Source: Lytechinus pictus
Lineage: Eukaryota
Direction: 5' to 3'
NCBI RefSeq assembly: GCF_037042905.1
Contig: NC_087246.1
Location: forward strand, 6,760,001-6,824,000
Length of the DNA: 64,000 nucleotides
Shown piece by piece: positions 12,571-25,305 of the stretch; within the stretch, counting starts at the first letter, position 1; every line of letters begins with the position of its first letter. Made by a program: the position numbers and the translations under genes. Under the pieces are notes generated by a model, which saw only the letters and a list, made by a program, of their open reading frames with translations, ran no database searches and had not been told where the DNA came from.

Positions 12571-15018
12571 ACCCATGTACTGTACATGCACATGAATAAT
12601 GAGGACGTTGGCTTTTTGGAAAAATAAAGAATTCCAAAAAGAGACAAATTGAAAAATATTGTTGTTTTGACCATACTGTACATTGTACTATGAACTACTG
12701 ATTGGTTGTTCCTGTTTTGATTTGTATTACGTATTACAATGTATAATTGACTGTACATGTATGTACATGTACATATTATGCTGTTGTCTGGATACTGCCC
12801 CTTCATTTACATGTACATTTACCATAAATACGGATCACACCATCAAGCGATGTATTGACAATTTCACAGATTTAATAACAATTAAGTGACAAATATATTA
12901 CCTTCTCAAGTTTTATCAATTTATAAAATATAAAATGGCAAAAATTGCTTACTTCTTTCAAATTCATAAAATCCGGGATTATCATCTTTCCAAAAATACC
13001 CAAACGTCATCATTGTCATTATCATTCAAGCTACAGATCTGTAGGCCTACATACGTATTCTGTAATGAGGTAATGCACTTTGCCTCACTTAACACTGCAC
13101 GTTTCATATTTCTCATTGTTGCACTGCATGAATTGAATTTGCTGCCACTATTCACAATGCCCAAGTCAGATAATAAATATATTCAGTATATCAATAATCA
13201 TTTAGAGTTGCAGGTCTACTCAGTTTGTTGAAGCCTTGCATTCCCTTGACATTCAGAAACAAGTGCAGCTGTTATGTAGGATGACTGACTAATATTGTTA
13301 AAAGACAAGATCACTGCCGCTGTGCCAAATGGGGCAATTCAGTCAAGCGTTTTTGTTTGGGTAGAGACTCAAGAGGTTGGATATATGGAAAGTGGAGAAG
13401 TGATTAAATGGAATGATGTCATAAGAGGACATCTTATGAAATTAAGACTATAATGATTAGGTCCAATAATATGTACATGTACATTTAGGCCTATTTTCAT
13501 ACTGACCATAAAGGAAAATTGTAGGTCAACACACACATTGTTATCAAGCTATTAGTATTTCTCACTAAAACATTTGACTTTTGACTTGAGCAAGGGTGAA
13601 TAATTTAGTACTGCTGAAAAGACTAGATTATGGCTTGAATGGAAACATTTTGCAGCCATGTCTGTCTGGTAGTAATTCCAAATTTGAATGGCAATTTTAA
13701 GTCCATTTTATACTCTCTGTACATGTAACTCAAGATTTCAGCCCAGCAAAATCTTACCTGGTGCAAGTTTTTCACCAAGAATTTGGACACATGTTCAAAA
13801 GCTAGTCCCGATTATAGAAATTTGGTCATGCAAAACCACTGTCACAACTGTCCATGTTCACATGTGTGATCTTTAATTTGGGCTGGTTAAAAACTGAACT
13901 GTTTTTCATCTAGGTTTACCTGGTTTGACCTGAACCATGGAGCTACTAACGAAGCTCCGTGCCTGAACCATCTCTTTTGCCTGGCCAGTATGCTCTCACA
14001 TTTAAATCTTGGCCAGCCAAAATTGGAAACGGGTATCAGATCATGCTTTGCAGAGGAAGTAGAGAAAAGGAATCAATTGATTGTTGGATGATTTGCAATC
14101 TTTAGCGAGGAGTCTTCAATTTCGTTGATGAGTTTGTAACACCTGCTGGCTGTATTGGAGAACGTTGTAACACAATACTTCAGCAGGTGTAGCTAGAGCC
14201 TTTTCGTTGGGGATTAATAATGTTGCCATGTTTACGATGGCTGTTACCGTGTGTAAATCGCTGCATGGTGATGTCTGCTTGTATGCCGTCTTACTCAGTT
14301 TATTTCCTAGTGAGAAATGTACATGTACATACATTGATGGAGTCCAAAAATATTACATTATACAATGCATAAGTATATTATAATTTCTTAGGTGTCATCA
14401 TTTTATCTGTTCAAGAACTTTGAGCAAGAAAACTATAAATTGTTTGTTCTTACATGTACACGTACATTCCATTTTTTAAAACCTATTCAATAAAATCAGT
14501 GAAGGAAGTCATTAATCTAGGGTAATCTGATTGATGTCAACAAAACTCTTATCAATGATCTTAATTTTTCTATTTGAAGAAAATTATTAAAAGGATTGAA
14601 ATTACAGCACATTTTTTTGTATTATTTGTTATGGTCATAAACACACTTTATGGGACCATCGAACAAGACTTCCCGTATTGCCAATCAATGTTTCCATGGA
14701 ATTTGTTGGGTTGCCTAGACTTAAATAGCAAAGTTACATGTAGCATAATTGTAAATGTACCCAAAGGCAGCCCTACATGTAGGATGGGGGGGGTCGGGTG
14801 TCCGGACAGTTTATATCTTTTTGAAGCCTTCTTTTTTGTCTTTGGATTACACTATAAATATGAATTCAATACTTGTAATCATCTTCTATTTTGTTCTTTA
14901 TAATATTTTCTAACATTTTGTACTAAAAATTGATGAAACTTTGCTTGTACTTTCTAAGATTGATCGTCCGGACACACAACCTGTCCGGTCACACAACAAC
15001 TGGGTATACATACATATT

Positions 15019-15472
15019 AGGTGGTTTCAGACCGCCTCAAAGTTCGCCAGTTCCAGGTATTCTCTGATCGGGAAATTTACCCCGATCAGAAAATACCAGG
15101 TATTTTGGCGATGTGAAAGCAAACTACGCGTAATATCCCCGAAAGAAAATACCCGATAAATAGTAGGTACTTGGCGAAATTACGAGAACTTTCGCGGGGA
15201 TTTTTCCAAGGTCGTGGGTATTAGCCCAGCGTGTCGTTGGGTGCGGCGCCGTGGGTGGCTGCTGGGCTAGTGATTTTGAATCTCGCGCCTTGCTTGCTTA
15301 TCAGACCATACTGCGCATGCTCGTAACTTCAGGAACTACTTCAGGAACTTATCCCGAAGGGTATGTTTCAGGGCGGTGTGAATGCAGGAATAATTAATGG
15401 GTATTTTTCAGCCTAAAAAAGTTCTCGTAATTTAACGGGGATTCTTGTGATCGAGGCGGTTTGAAACCACCT
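15019..15472. mobile_element. PIF/Harbinger-like MITE family H1, short form
   Basis: TIR AGGTGGTTTCA(G/A)ACCGCCTC; homologous to 49603-50066 and 35503-36371. Confidence 0.85.
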
Positions 15473-15854
15473 TTTGAGAGGCATTAGTCATTTTTTTCTT
15501 ACCAATCAATCACCATAGGCCCTATTTTACCACTCTCCAATATTTGATTGTAGAGTGGTAAATACTTGACGCATGAACATTATTATGCCAGATGTACATG
15601 TACATTGTACTTAGTGATTTATTACGTTAAACGGCTATTAATTTCCCAATTCCCTCTATGATATTTATTCCTTTATGTATTATTGAACTGGAATGGGTGA
15701 ATGTTATCACTTATGGCTTGTAATTTTTTATTTTGTAGTGTAATATTATAGGAGAGTCTGCTTCCTGTATATGCTTGTAAAAGTAGGCCCATTCACATAC
15801 GTGTACGTATTTCAATTACATGAAACAAGGGGGTAGGTCTTTTTTAATGATGAT

Positions 15855-16200
15855 AAATAATAATAATAGTACAGTTCTTAATACGCATAACACCTACAGG
15901 TCTCTATGCATGAGGAAAGCGGAAGGTGCTGTCAGAATTGTAAATTTAAAAATTTGACATCAAATAATTATACATAACATCAAAGAATATTAAACACGAA
16001 TTGAACCTACATGTGACTAAGTCAATAACATTCTGAAAGAGGTGGGTTTTTAATTGTACTTTGAATTTCTCAAGCTGGGAAATATTCTGTAAAGTCGGTG
16101 GTAGAGAATTCCATTGTGCTGGTGCAGCTTTTTGGAAAGCCCGATCCCCATATGATTTGGTCTTGACAGTAATTTCAGAGAGAAGATTTTGTGAGCCAGA
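15855..16200 (-). mobile_element. L2/CR1-clade LINE 3' end remnant
   Basis: Minus-strand peptide KTKSYGDRAFQKAAPAQWNSLP...FKVQLKTHLF is the typical L2/CR1 ORF2 C-terminus, followed by a (TAT)n-like tail. Confidence 0.8.
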
Positions 16201-16585
16201 ATCATTATTGATAATGTTTTCTTTGTAATTGTATGTTGCACATGCATCATTTAATGTGGGTCTAATATTTTGATGTTTGAAGTAACCATCTGAAACCATA
16301 TGGCCATACATTGAACCTGAACAAAACTAAAACTACTTTCATTGGAAATTGAATCAGTATGGTACTTGATTTATAACAAATTGGCCTACCCATTTCCTCA
16401 CCTATAACGGGCAATAAGTAGTCCTGAGTGGCAACACTTGTATACTATTTGTGGGTTATCTTGCAAATACTTGCACACTGAGATTTTCCTGCAGTGCTAT
16501 CCGGCCTCTGCATGTACGCAATCGAGCTGGTATCGAATGAAACCTGGATAATGTAGAGAGCTGAGAGAGATAGTGTGCACACTCA

Positions 16586-16726
16586 TGGGGAGCATTTCAT
16601 GAAATATGCACATAGTGATTTTCACTATCAATTGTTATAAGGTACTGAAATCCTTTCATCTGATTGGCTAAGAGCAAATTAGTCTGTGAAAATCACTGAC
16701 AAGCTGCTTTATGAAATCCTCTCCTG
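16586..16726. mobile_element. Small MITE (GGGGAGCATTTCATGAAA...TTTATGAAATCCTCTCC)
   Basis: Imperfect TIRs; a split relative lies at ~52861-53539. Confidence 0.5.
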
Positions 16727-16862
16727 GAGAGAGGAAGTCTGGGTTAGTCACAGCCCTGCTGACAGGCATGGGCAATGTGCGCAGGTCTTTGTGTCGCATT
16801 AGTCTTGCATACAGACAGATGTTTAATAGCTTTGACACAAATTGACTTTGAACGTTGTTTAA

Positions 16863-17446
16863 AGGAGAATAAAACTCTTGGAGCAAGTTAGCTTTTGTGA
16901 AAGCAGAAAAATCAAAGAATAAGATCAACAAAAGTTTGAGTAAAATGGGACTAGCAATAAAAGAGTTATGAGCATTTGAATGTCGAGATCACTAATGCTA
17001 TGGAGATCCTACCATTGGCAATGCGACCAAGATCTATGATGTAACAGATGAACAACTCTCCCCTTTTGGACACTGAAAATATACCCCAAAACATCTCTTT
17101 TTGCTCATTCTAATCATATGACGAACGATTCATCAATGATATAATGTTGTGAAACCTCTGTACTTGTCCTCTCTTAAAGAGAACACATCACCTTGTGATA
17201 GACTCTTTAAAAGTGAGAATATAAGTGAAATAAGTACTAAAGTAATGAGGGAGTTGTACGTGTGTGACATCACAGATCTTGGTCGCATTGCCAATTGGAG
17301 GATCTACATGGCATTAGTGATCTCAATATTCAAATGCTCATAACTTTCTTATTATTCATTCAATCTTCCTCAAACTTTCAACAATATGTTTCTTTGATTT
17401 TTCTCTTTGATATGGATTCAGCTGGTTTCAAGGGTTTCATTTTCCT
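16863..17446. mobile_element. Kolobok-like MITE with long inverted arms
   Basis: TTAA|AGGAGAAT...TTTTCCT|TTAA; ~190-bp imperfect inverted arms (GCAATGCGACCAAGATCT / AGATCTTGGTCGCATTGC). Confidence 0.8.
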
Positions 17447-17450
17447 TTAA

Positions 17451-18250
17451 AGGAGAAATATATTGAAAATCGTAAAAATGGAGAATCATATATCAAATCA
17501 AAGGAGAAAATAAGGAGAACACGATGGAACTCAGTCAATTGATAGTTTAAAGTTATCTCTCTGAATGCTTCAAACACGCAGAATTACGTCCGTGAAATTG
17601 GGGATTTTTTATGACGTCACTTTCTGTACGAGAGGCGTGATTGGCTCTCCCACGTGAAGCTCCACTTGCATGCAAAACATGTTGCGAGGGTACGTTTTCT
17701 CCACATTGTCACTGAATACTTCGATCACGAAATGAAAGAAAACCCAGAATTTTATCTAGATTTGGATTTTCAAATTGATGATTTTGAAGATGAAGAGAAT
17801 GATGATGAAGTGAACAACAAAGTGACGTAGCTGGGGGTAAATTGGGGGAATCGATGATGAAGAGTCGGACAATTCAACTTGCAACACGATCACATGCCGA
17901 TTCGCTACCAACTCATGCAGCTGCTAAGTGCTAGCTACACCGCGCGTGCCAAATTGAATTCACGAAAATGACTTACCACACTGTCCAGACAGAGTCTCTT
18001 ACTTCTGTGACTATGAAGAAGGAAAATAATGATAAAACTGTACTTACAAATAAGTGAATGTAATCCGAACCTGAAGGCAAATCAACTCAACGAATAGCAG
18101 CAGACGATATGCACCGATGATAAACTTCATGTGGCTGGGATAGATTGTCACTCGTTCTGTTAGATGTAATTTTTATCTCATTAATTTGACAAAATTACGA
18201 AACTCGGGGAATTATTTATCTATATAAAAATAGCCTGAAGACTGAAGTCA
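17451..18250. mobile_element. Second Kolobok-like element sharing the TTAA at 17447-17450; right end not found
   Basis: AGGAGAAATA immediately follows the TTAA; CpG-richer interior; end approximate. Confidence 0.4.
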
Positions 18251-19596
18251 TTAAAAACCAACTGACTGTTTGAATAATTTTGACATTTATATCTTTTTGA
18301 GGTATACATGTAGATTCCATAATCATAATTGTGATAGTTTAATTGTCAGGTTGTCACTTTAGGATCCTCTATTAAAGATATCGAAGACCTGCTTTTTGTA
18401 TGAGAATGGATGATGGCCCATTAGAAATTGTTTATCATAATACAAATGAAATCTTTATAGCGCTTGTATCCACTCTGCATAAACTTTATGGTGCTTATTT
18501 TCATTGATATTCTGACTTTTGATAGTCCGATTGCCATACCAATACAATGTGGATGAATATTTTGATTTTGGAATTACACATTGTGGCGGTGAAGCACAGT
18601 TTTCGAAGATAATAGTTCAAACTATACTGTACATGTAGCTGCCATGAAACTTTTTTCTCCCCTTTTTTCTCTTAGAAATAAATATCTTACAAATTCAATA
18701 TGCAAACATGAATCACTGAAAAAGGTGTGTCTTGTAAAGGCGATTCTGTAGAATCGTGGGTATGTTTCAGTTGAATTGAATGCAACAGAGATCTTAATCA
18801 TGATTTGGACCTTCATCTGGTACATGCTCCAAGTTTAAATTGTAGGTCAAATTGCACCATTGTTATGGCTTTAAAAAATCAGCTTGATGAAAATTTTATT
18901 GTTTGAATGCTAGCCCACAGTTACTTTCATTTGACTTTGTGATTTGTTTTGTGGTTCCTGTTAAAGAAAATGCACCGTTTGGCAAGGAACAGATTCTCTT
19001 GATTGTTTTGATGTATTTGAAACTTGACTAATTAGACAAGTGAAATTCAGCATTTTTTTTCATAAATTTGTTTTGTTGAGCAACCAAAGATGTATCAATT
19101 TATTCATTCTTGATCAGATCCCTTAACAACACTCAAAGCAATCTGTTTTTGAAACATGCACAGCAGGGAGATGGAAACAACCGTTCATTTGGGTCTGACC
19201 TCGGGTGAGGTAATTGAGAAATAATCATGGAATATCAGATTAAATGATGAAATCTCTTAAATTCAATCACGATGGCTCTTAAGAATGCTTTTTGTGAGCA
19301 TGGATCTTCGTAATGTAATCAGGGAAAAGAACTTAACCTTGAATACTGCCATCCATTATTCATAGGAATGGAGAGGTAAAACCCGCTTCTGAAGAAAATG
19401 TGGTGAATTCCAATCAGACAAGGTTGTGAGCCAGCAATTGTAGGCTCTTCAAAAGTGCTCGAAACAATCTGGAAAGAAATGGGTGAATTGTTTCATAATT
19501 GGCCAGCTCAGGGAATTCGTTTCAAGACACCTGAGCACAAGGCAGTGCAGAATTACTTTATTTGCTATAGTAGTATCTATTCATACATGTACATAT

Positions 19597-19838
19597 CAAG
19601 GCTCCACACTAACATTTTTTCTTGGTGGCCCGATCGGTCTACCAAAATCATTAATTTCATAATTTTAGCGGTCTGCAAAGACAATTTAGTGGCCTGAAAC
19701 AATAGAATACATTACAATTTATCAAAACTTTGGTAGGACAACCGGGCCACCAAGTGTTGGCTTTTTAAAATTTTTGGAGGCCCAATTTTCATTTTTGATT
19801 GCCCCAGTCCACCGGGCCAATGCTGATGTCGAGCCTTG
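19597..19838. mobile_element. hAT-like MITE
   Basis: TIR CAAGGCTC(C/G)ACA; subterminal CCGGGCCA motifs; TSD unclear. Confidence 0.55.
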
Positions 19839-22190
19839 TGTATATATGTGTGCCTGTTTAAAATTGTTTATGTATACCCAAGATTGATGTAGTCATCCTC
19901 CAGTCATGTACCAAACCGCTTTTCAACTCCATTTATTGCTCACTATAAAAATCTGGAGAAATAAAATGCACCATCTATGTTTTATCATAGTCTTGAAGCC
20001 ATGTAGTGATATGCTACATGGCATGCATGATGCTCTGAAAATTGATAGCTTAAAGCTTTTCTACCAACAGCTGTATGTATTGACACAATTTCACAGGCCA
20101 TATTGAATTCAGAATTAACATTTTAAATGTGGAGTTTGGGGTATTCACTCTGTTGTCCTTTTCCCTGTTAAATTACTGATTATAGGCATATGTACTAGAT
20201 GAAAGCCATTTCCCATGTTTTCCCTTCTAAACATATTCCAAAGCATAATAAAAAATAAATAAATTGGAATCTCAAAGAATTACATGTACATGTAGGTCCA
20301 ATTAGTTTGTAATATGAATGCATTACGGAAATTTCTGCATTGAAAGTTGTAAAATGAATTAAACTTAATACACTGGTAATTGAAGATTGGGATTATTTGC
20401 CCAAACAAAGTTTGAAGTACATTACATGTAGGCAAACCATAGACTGCCCTTTTCTCTCATATCTGGTCAACATTCACCTGCTTGTTATACATTATAAATT
20501 TCATGGGTTTAAAATAAATACAGATAAGCCATACTTAGTGACCAGCTTAACCACTGGATTTAGATTTAAAGCTATAAAGATTTAAAGATTTGAATTCATT
20601 AGAACCATTTGAAATTTAAAACAAATCCTCATACACGTAGGATTCATGCGAGTACTAGAGTCACTAATTAGAGCACTTTTCCATCTTCTAAACCCTCCTT
20701 ATATTTTAATAGCGTACTCACGGCATTCATGTCTGTAAGAAACACCATACAGTTATGAACATTTGGGAGGAAGGCACGTGCATACATGTAACCTACAACA
20801 TGGCTTGCCGGTATTGCAAAATCAGTGGGATTTGAATATTATTCAAACTATTAATATTTAACAATTTAATTACTGGTATAATTTGAAGGATAGACCTACA
20901 TGTACATGTAGCAAGTACAAATAGGAATAGAATAAGGGTACATGTATGAATAACATGAAAAAAAAATAAAACAAGGAGGTTTACATGTAGATGTAATCTT
21001 TATTTGTTGATATCTGGCTACTGTTAATAGTTATTAAAATGTATGTAGTTCTGAAGGCCTTGTAGAACTATAATATTTACATGAGAATGAAGAGCATGAG
21101 TGTTTCCCTGAGGAACCTGTAGGTGTGTACAAACAAGTATTAACAGATTGCGTATTACCTGTAGGGATGTGTGTCTCATTGTGTATCCTTATGAAGATCA
21201 ATTTGGTGGCTGGTTAGTCAATTGAAGAGCACCTATAGAACCTATTGATTGGTTGTATTGTAGACTGAGGGTCAATAGTTGAATGGTGGATTATAATAGA
21301 GGTTCTCTCATTGGAACTAAACCTGGATAAATGCCCCCAAACAGGATAGGAGAAAGAGGGGAAGTGGAAAAGTTGTGAAAAGGTCTGCTTTTCTTGATTT
21401 GAATCGATTGATTATTAAATAGGATTGGCTTTTATAATAAAGTAATTATGTAGGATTGAGAGAGTGGGATGATATTCCTTTTAATACAATCATTGAGGAA
21501 AATTACATCTTGCTGTCTATCTGCATTTTTTATTTTGAACTGGACCAGCAGTTATCAATATTTTTCAGTGGCTCATGATAGTTTAAACAAAAAATGTGTT
21601 TAATAAAGCAGTGTGAAATGCAGTATCTGAGAAATAAATAGTAGTCATATTTATGTAGCACTTACATGTACAGTATTACCTGAGTATCATTGTTGATATT
21701 TAATTTTGAATGTTTGATTAATAAAAAGATCCAATGGTTGATTTCTTGTCCCCCCCAAAAAAAATTCTTAGACACTTCAAATTTTGATGAAAAGTTTATT
21801 AAAATCAATACCGGTAATCAATTACAGTGTAGGCCCCCTGTATGTGTCTAAGGGATTTTATCTTCGAACAATTTTCGATCTTTAAGTAATTGCATGGAGC
21901 TACTTGACAAAGCTATAGAATTTTCACCATGGTGAGGACAAGAGTAACATGAAATAAAGAAATAAAGACACCTACTTGTTTATGCTACTGGTGCTTTTGG
22001 CTCAGCGATGTCTCCTCATTATAACTCATGTTCCGTTTTTTTTTTTTTGGAAATCGCTCAACATTCATAGTGATGACAAATTAGAGGAATAGTAATGGTG
22101 ATAGTACTTAAGTTAATAATTGTACATGCAAATGTACATTGGTCATTCATTATTAGAACAAGGGAGATGAGAGGTAAATCCGTGGAGGTA

Positions 22191-22487
22191 AGTCCATGTT
22201 AGAACCATGCGACTTTTTTGCCCGCAGATTTTCATCTCACCGGAAGCATATACCAAATTACGTCATTTTTAAACATGTTTACGATCGCGGTGCTGTGTAA
22301 ACTTCCCCAGAAAGCCTGATTCTCGTCAAACGACGTTTAGAAACACGCCTTTTTTAAAGTTTACGATCGGCGTTCTGTAACGTCGTTTAAATGAAAGTAA
22401 GCATGGACGCAACTGTGTTTTGGATTAATCATGTATGAAAACGCAGATTCTGGCCTGAAAAGTGGTAGCATAATGTAAACATGGCCT
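22191..22487. mobile_element. Harbinger-like MITE, degenerate TIRs
   Basis: AGTCCATGTTAGAACCATGC vs reverse complement AGGCCATGTTTACATTATGC; CpG-rich interior. Confidence 0.45.
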
Positions 22488-23598
22488 TTGTAAACAAAGC
22501 ACACTGCAACAGTAAATCACAAGCCCCTGAAGTTTTCTGTACAAGCCTTGCCACCATCTTCTTCATGTCTGCATGTTGCAGACTCTCTCCTCCGTAATCA
22601 AATCACCATGTTACTAAACAGAAGGCTGTGTTAGTTTTTATAGACGTTCTATTAACATTCTCATGTTCATGGGTAACTCAACCCTTGAGCTCTGGGTTGC
22701 TCCTTAACGAATGACCAAGTCACTGATCTGACGTCCTCCATCGCAAATTATCTCAGTGCCAGGAGGATTAGGGGCTTAGAGCTGAGGCAAGATAGCCTGG
22801 CTGCTATTACACGTTCCAGTCTAAAAGCGTTGGGCATTATTTCTATTTATGTGCACATGTAGGTCTAGGCAATGAGGTTTCTGTGTATATTTAGATGTTA
22901 AACCCACCCTATTGCTGTATTATTGTTACGTTCAGTTGATTACTCTTTTATACAGTAGCTGCAGCTATTTTTATACACACCAGCTGAAATAAAAATTGAC
23001 ACTTAATTCCAAATCACCTGTAGTGATCATGAATTTTCTATGATATATGCATATTTTTACATGCATGTGTTCTCCTCTACTTTATTAAACCAGTTTAGTG
23101 GAAACTGTGTAATTGGAATGCTTGAAGTGGGCTTGCCCAAACCAATGTGGAAGTTTTCCTCGCAATGTTTTTTTCATGACTTCTTTTCTTTTTTAAACTG
23201 GTATAAGCGTAGACCTGAGTACACAACTAGTCTTCGGGAAGTAGAAGAGCAATAGTGTGTATATGTTTGGCGCGCTTTTCATACGGCACAATTCATGTAT
23301 TCAGAGTACTGATGAATATGCTTTATACAGGATGAAGGCGAAGCATTCCCTTACATGTAAAGACCACTTTATGTGACTGTTGTGGTTCTGGAAACCAGTT
23401 CAGGAGATCTACATGTATGGTTATGAGAACCCTAGTGAAGTAATCCGTTAAACTGGTTTTGCAAGGTGGTTTAAAGGAAACCATTTCAGGAAAGAAGAAG
23501 AGAACAGGATCCCAAAGATCTCTTAATGTAGATGTTGGATAATTTGATCAGTTTCATACCAGTTTTCATTTTGGCTAATTTGCTTTAAAAAAAATTTA

Positions 23599-24010
23599 GG
23601 CCCGAATTCACAAAGGTGGTTTTGAAAACCCACGGTTGAATCCATGGTTTATGTAGATTTCCTGTATAAATTACGCTTAATTTAGCGCGTATCGGGCGCT
23701 TGTATAAAAATGTCTAATGCTGATGCTCGCTTTTGTCACAGTGCGCCAAATTGACGCCTGTTTATTCATGAGTCCACTGTTTGAAGAATGGACTCATGAA
23801 TCAAAACAGTGGACTCATGAATAAAATAGTGTGGACAACCACGGCAACAGGTGTCAATTTGGCGCAATGTGACAAAAGCGCACATCAGCATTGGACATTT
23901 TTTATAGACGCGCCCGATACGCGCTAAATTAAGCGTAATTTATAGAGGAAATCAACATAGACCATGGATTCAACCGTGGGTTTTCAGAACCACCTTTGTA
24001 AATTCGGGCC
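23599..24010. mobile_element. Almost fully palindromic Tourist/Harbinger-like MITE
   Basis: TTA|GGCCCGAATT...AATTCGGGCC|TTA; arms of ~165 bp pair with few mismatches. Confidence 0.9.
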
Positions 24011-24311
24011 TTAATGTTCATTGTTATTTGTTAATCATAATGACATTCTTGCGCAATTATTATGTTTTCTATAGGCCTATCATCGGTGGTAAAGAAAACA
24101 ATCAAGTGAAGTGAATGATCTCTTGAATCCGTCCTTCACATTGTATAGATTACTGTTGTTTTATATGCTGATTGCTGCATTAGATTACAGGATTGAATAG
24201 GTTCATCATCAATTAGGTTCACAGCTAGACCTTGTCATCGCTGAATGTAACGTTTTTTAGCGCCAGAGGGGTGTAGTGTAAACTGTGAAAGCTAGCAACA
24301 CATTTGCTTTG

Positions 24312-25305
24312 TTGTCTCGCCCACCAGAGGTGAAGGCGAGACTTGGGGATCCAAATGCCGTCTGTCGTCCGTCCGTCACAAACCTAATGACACATAACTC
24401 CACAACAGTACGTCGCTTTTCAACCAAACTTGGATGGTAGATGGACTGGGGGGACCTGCATGTTATGCTGCAGTTGGAGGTCAAATGGTATGGTCAAAGG
24501 TCATTTTCAAGTCAACGTTAAAGTTTACATGCAAGACTCTTATGACACCTAACTCCGCAACCATAAGTCACTTTTCAACCAAACTTGGATGGTAGATGGA
24601 CTTGGGGGACCTGCATGTTAGGCTGCAGTCGGAGGTCACATGGTAAGGTCAAAGGTCATTTTCAGGTCAACGTTAAAGTTTACATGCAAGACTCTCATGA
24701 GACCTAACTCCGCAACCATTAGTCACTTTTCAACCAAACTTGGATGGTAGATGGACTTTGGGGGACCTGCATGTTATGCTGCAGTTGGAGGTCACATGGT
24801 AAGGTAAAAGGTCATTTTCAGGTCAACGTTAAAGTGTACATGCAAGACTCTCTTATGACACCTACAATGTAATTCCGCAACCGTAAGTCTCTTTTCAACC
24901 AAACTTGGATGGTAGATGGACTTGGGGGACCTGCATCTTAGGCTGCAGTCGGAGGTCACATGGTAAGGTCAAAGGTCATTTTCAGGTCAACGTTAAAGTT
25001 TACATGCAAGACTCTCTTATGACACCTGACTCCACAATTGGAAGTCACTTTTCAACAAAACTTGGATGGTAGATGTACTTAGGCGACCTGCATGTTATGC
25101 TTCAGTCGGAGGTCACATGGTAAGGTCTAAGGTCATTTTCAGGTCAACATTAAAGTTTACGAGCAAGGCTTTTATGACAAGTGTTATTCCCTCCCAGTCA
25201 TTTCACAATTAAGTTTCGATACAATTCTGTTGTGTGCCCTCGCAAATCATGATATTTCTGGTTATTTTCATCAGTGGGCGAGACACAAAATCGCTTTTGC
25301 CTTGT
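24312..25305 (+). mobile_element. Helentron-associated non-autonomous element (HINE; Tsp/pearl-like) with ~160-bp internal tandem array
   Basis: Sub-TIRs GTCTCGCCCAC / GTGGGCGAGAC, CGTCCGTCCGTC microsatellite, five units (24413, 24569, 24724, 24888, 25046), 3' stem CAAAAtcgcTTTTG. Confidence 0.85.

Noticed and set aside
15946..16311. Host gene ORF
   Set aside because: Only the middle part is meaningful and it is an L2/CR1 ORF2 C-terminus.
24400..25180. CRISPR-like or coding repeat
   Set aside because: Internal tandem array of a HINE-type element with sub-TIRs; no spacers.
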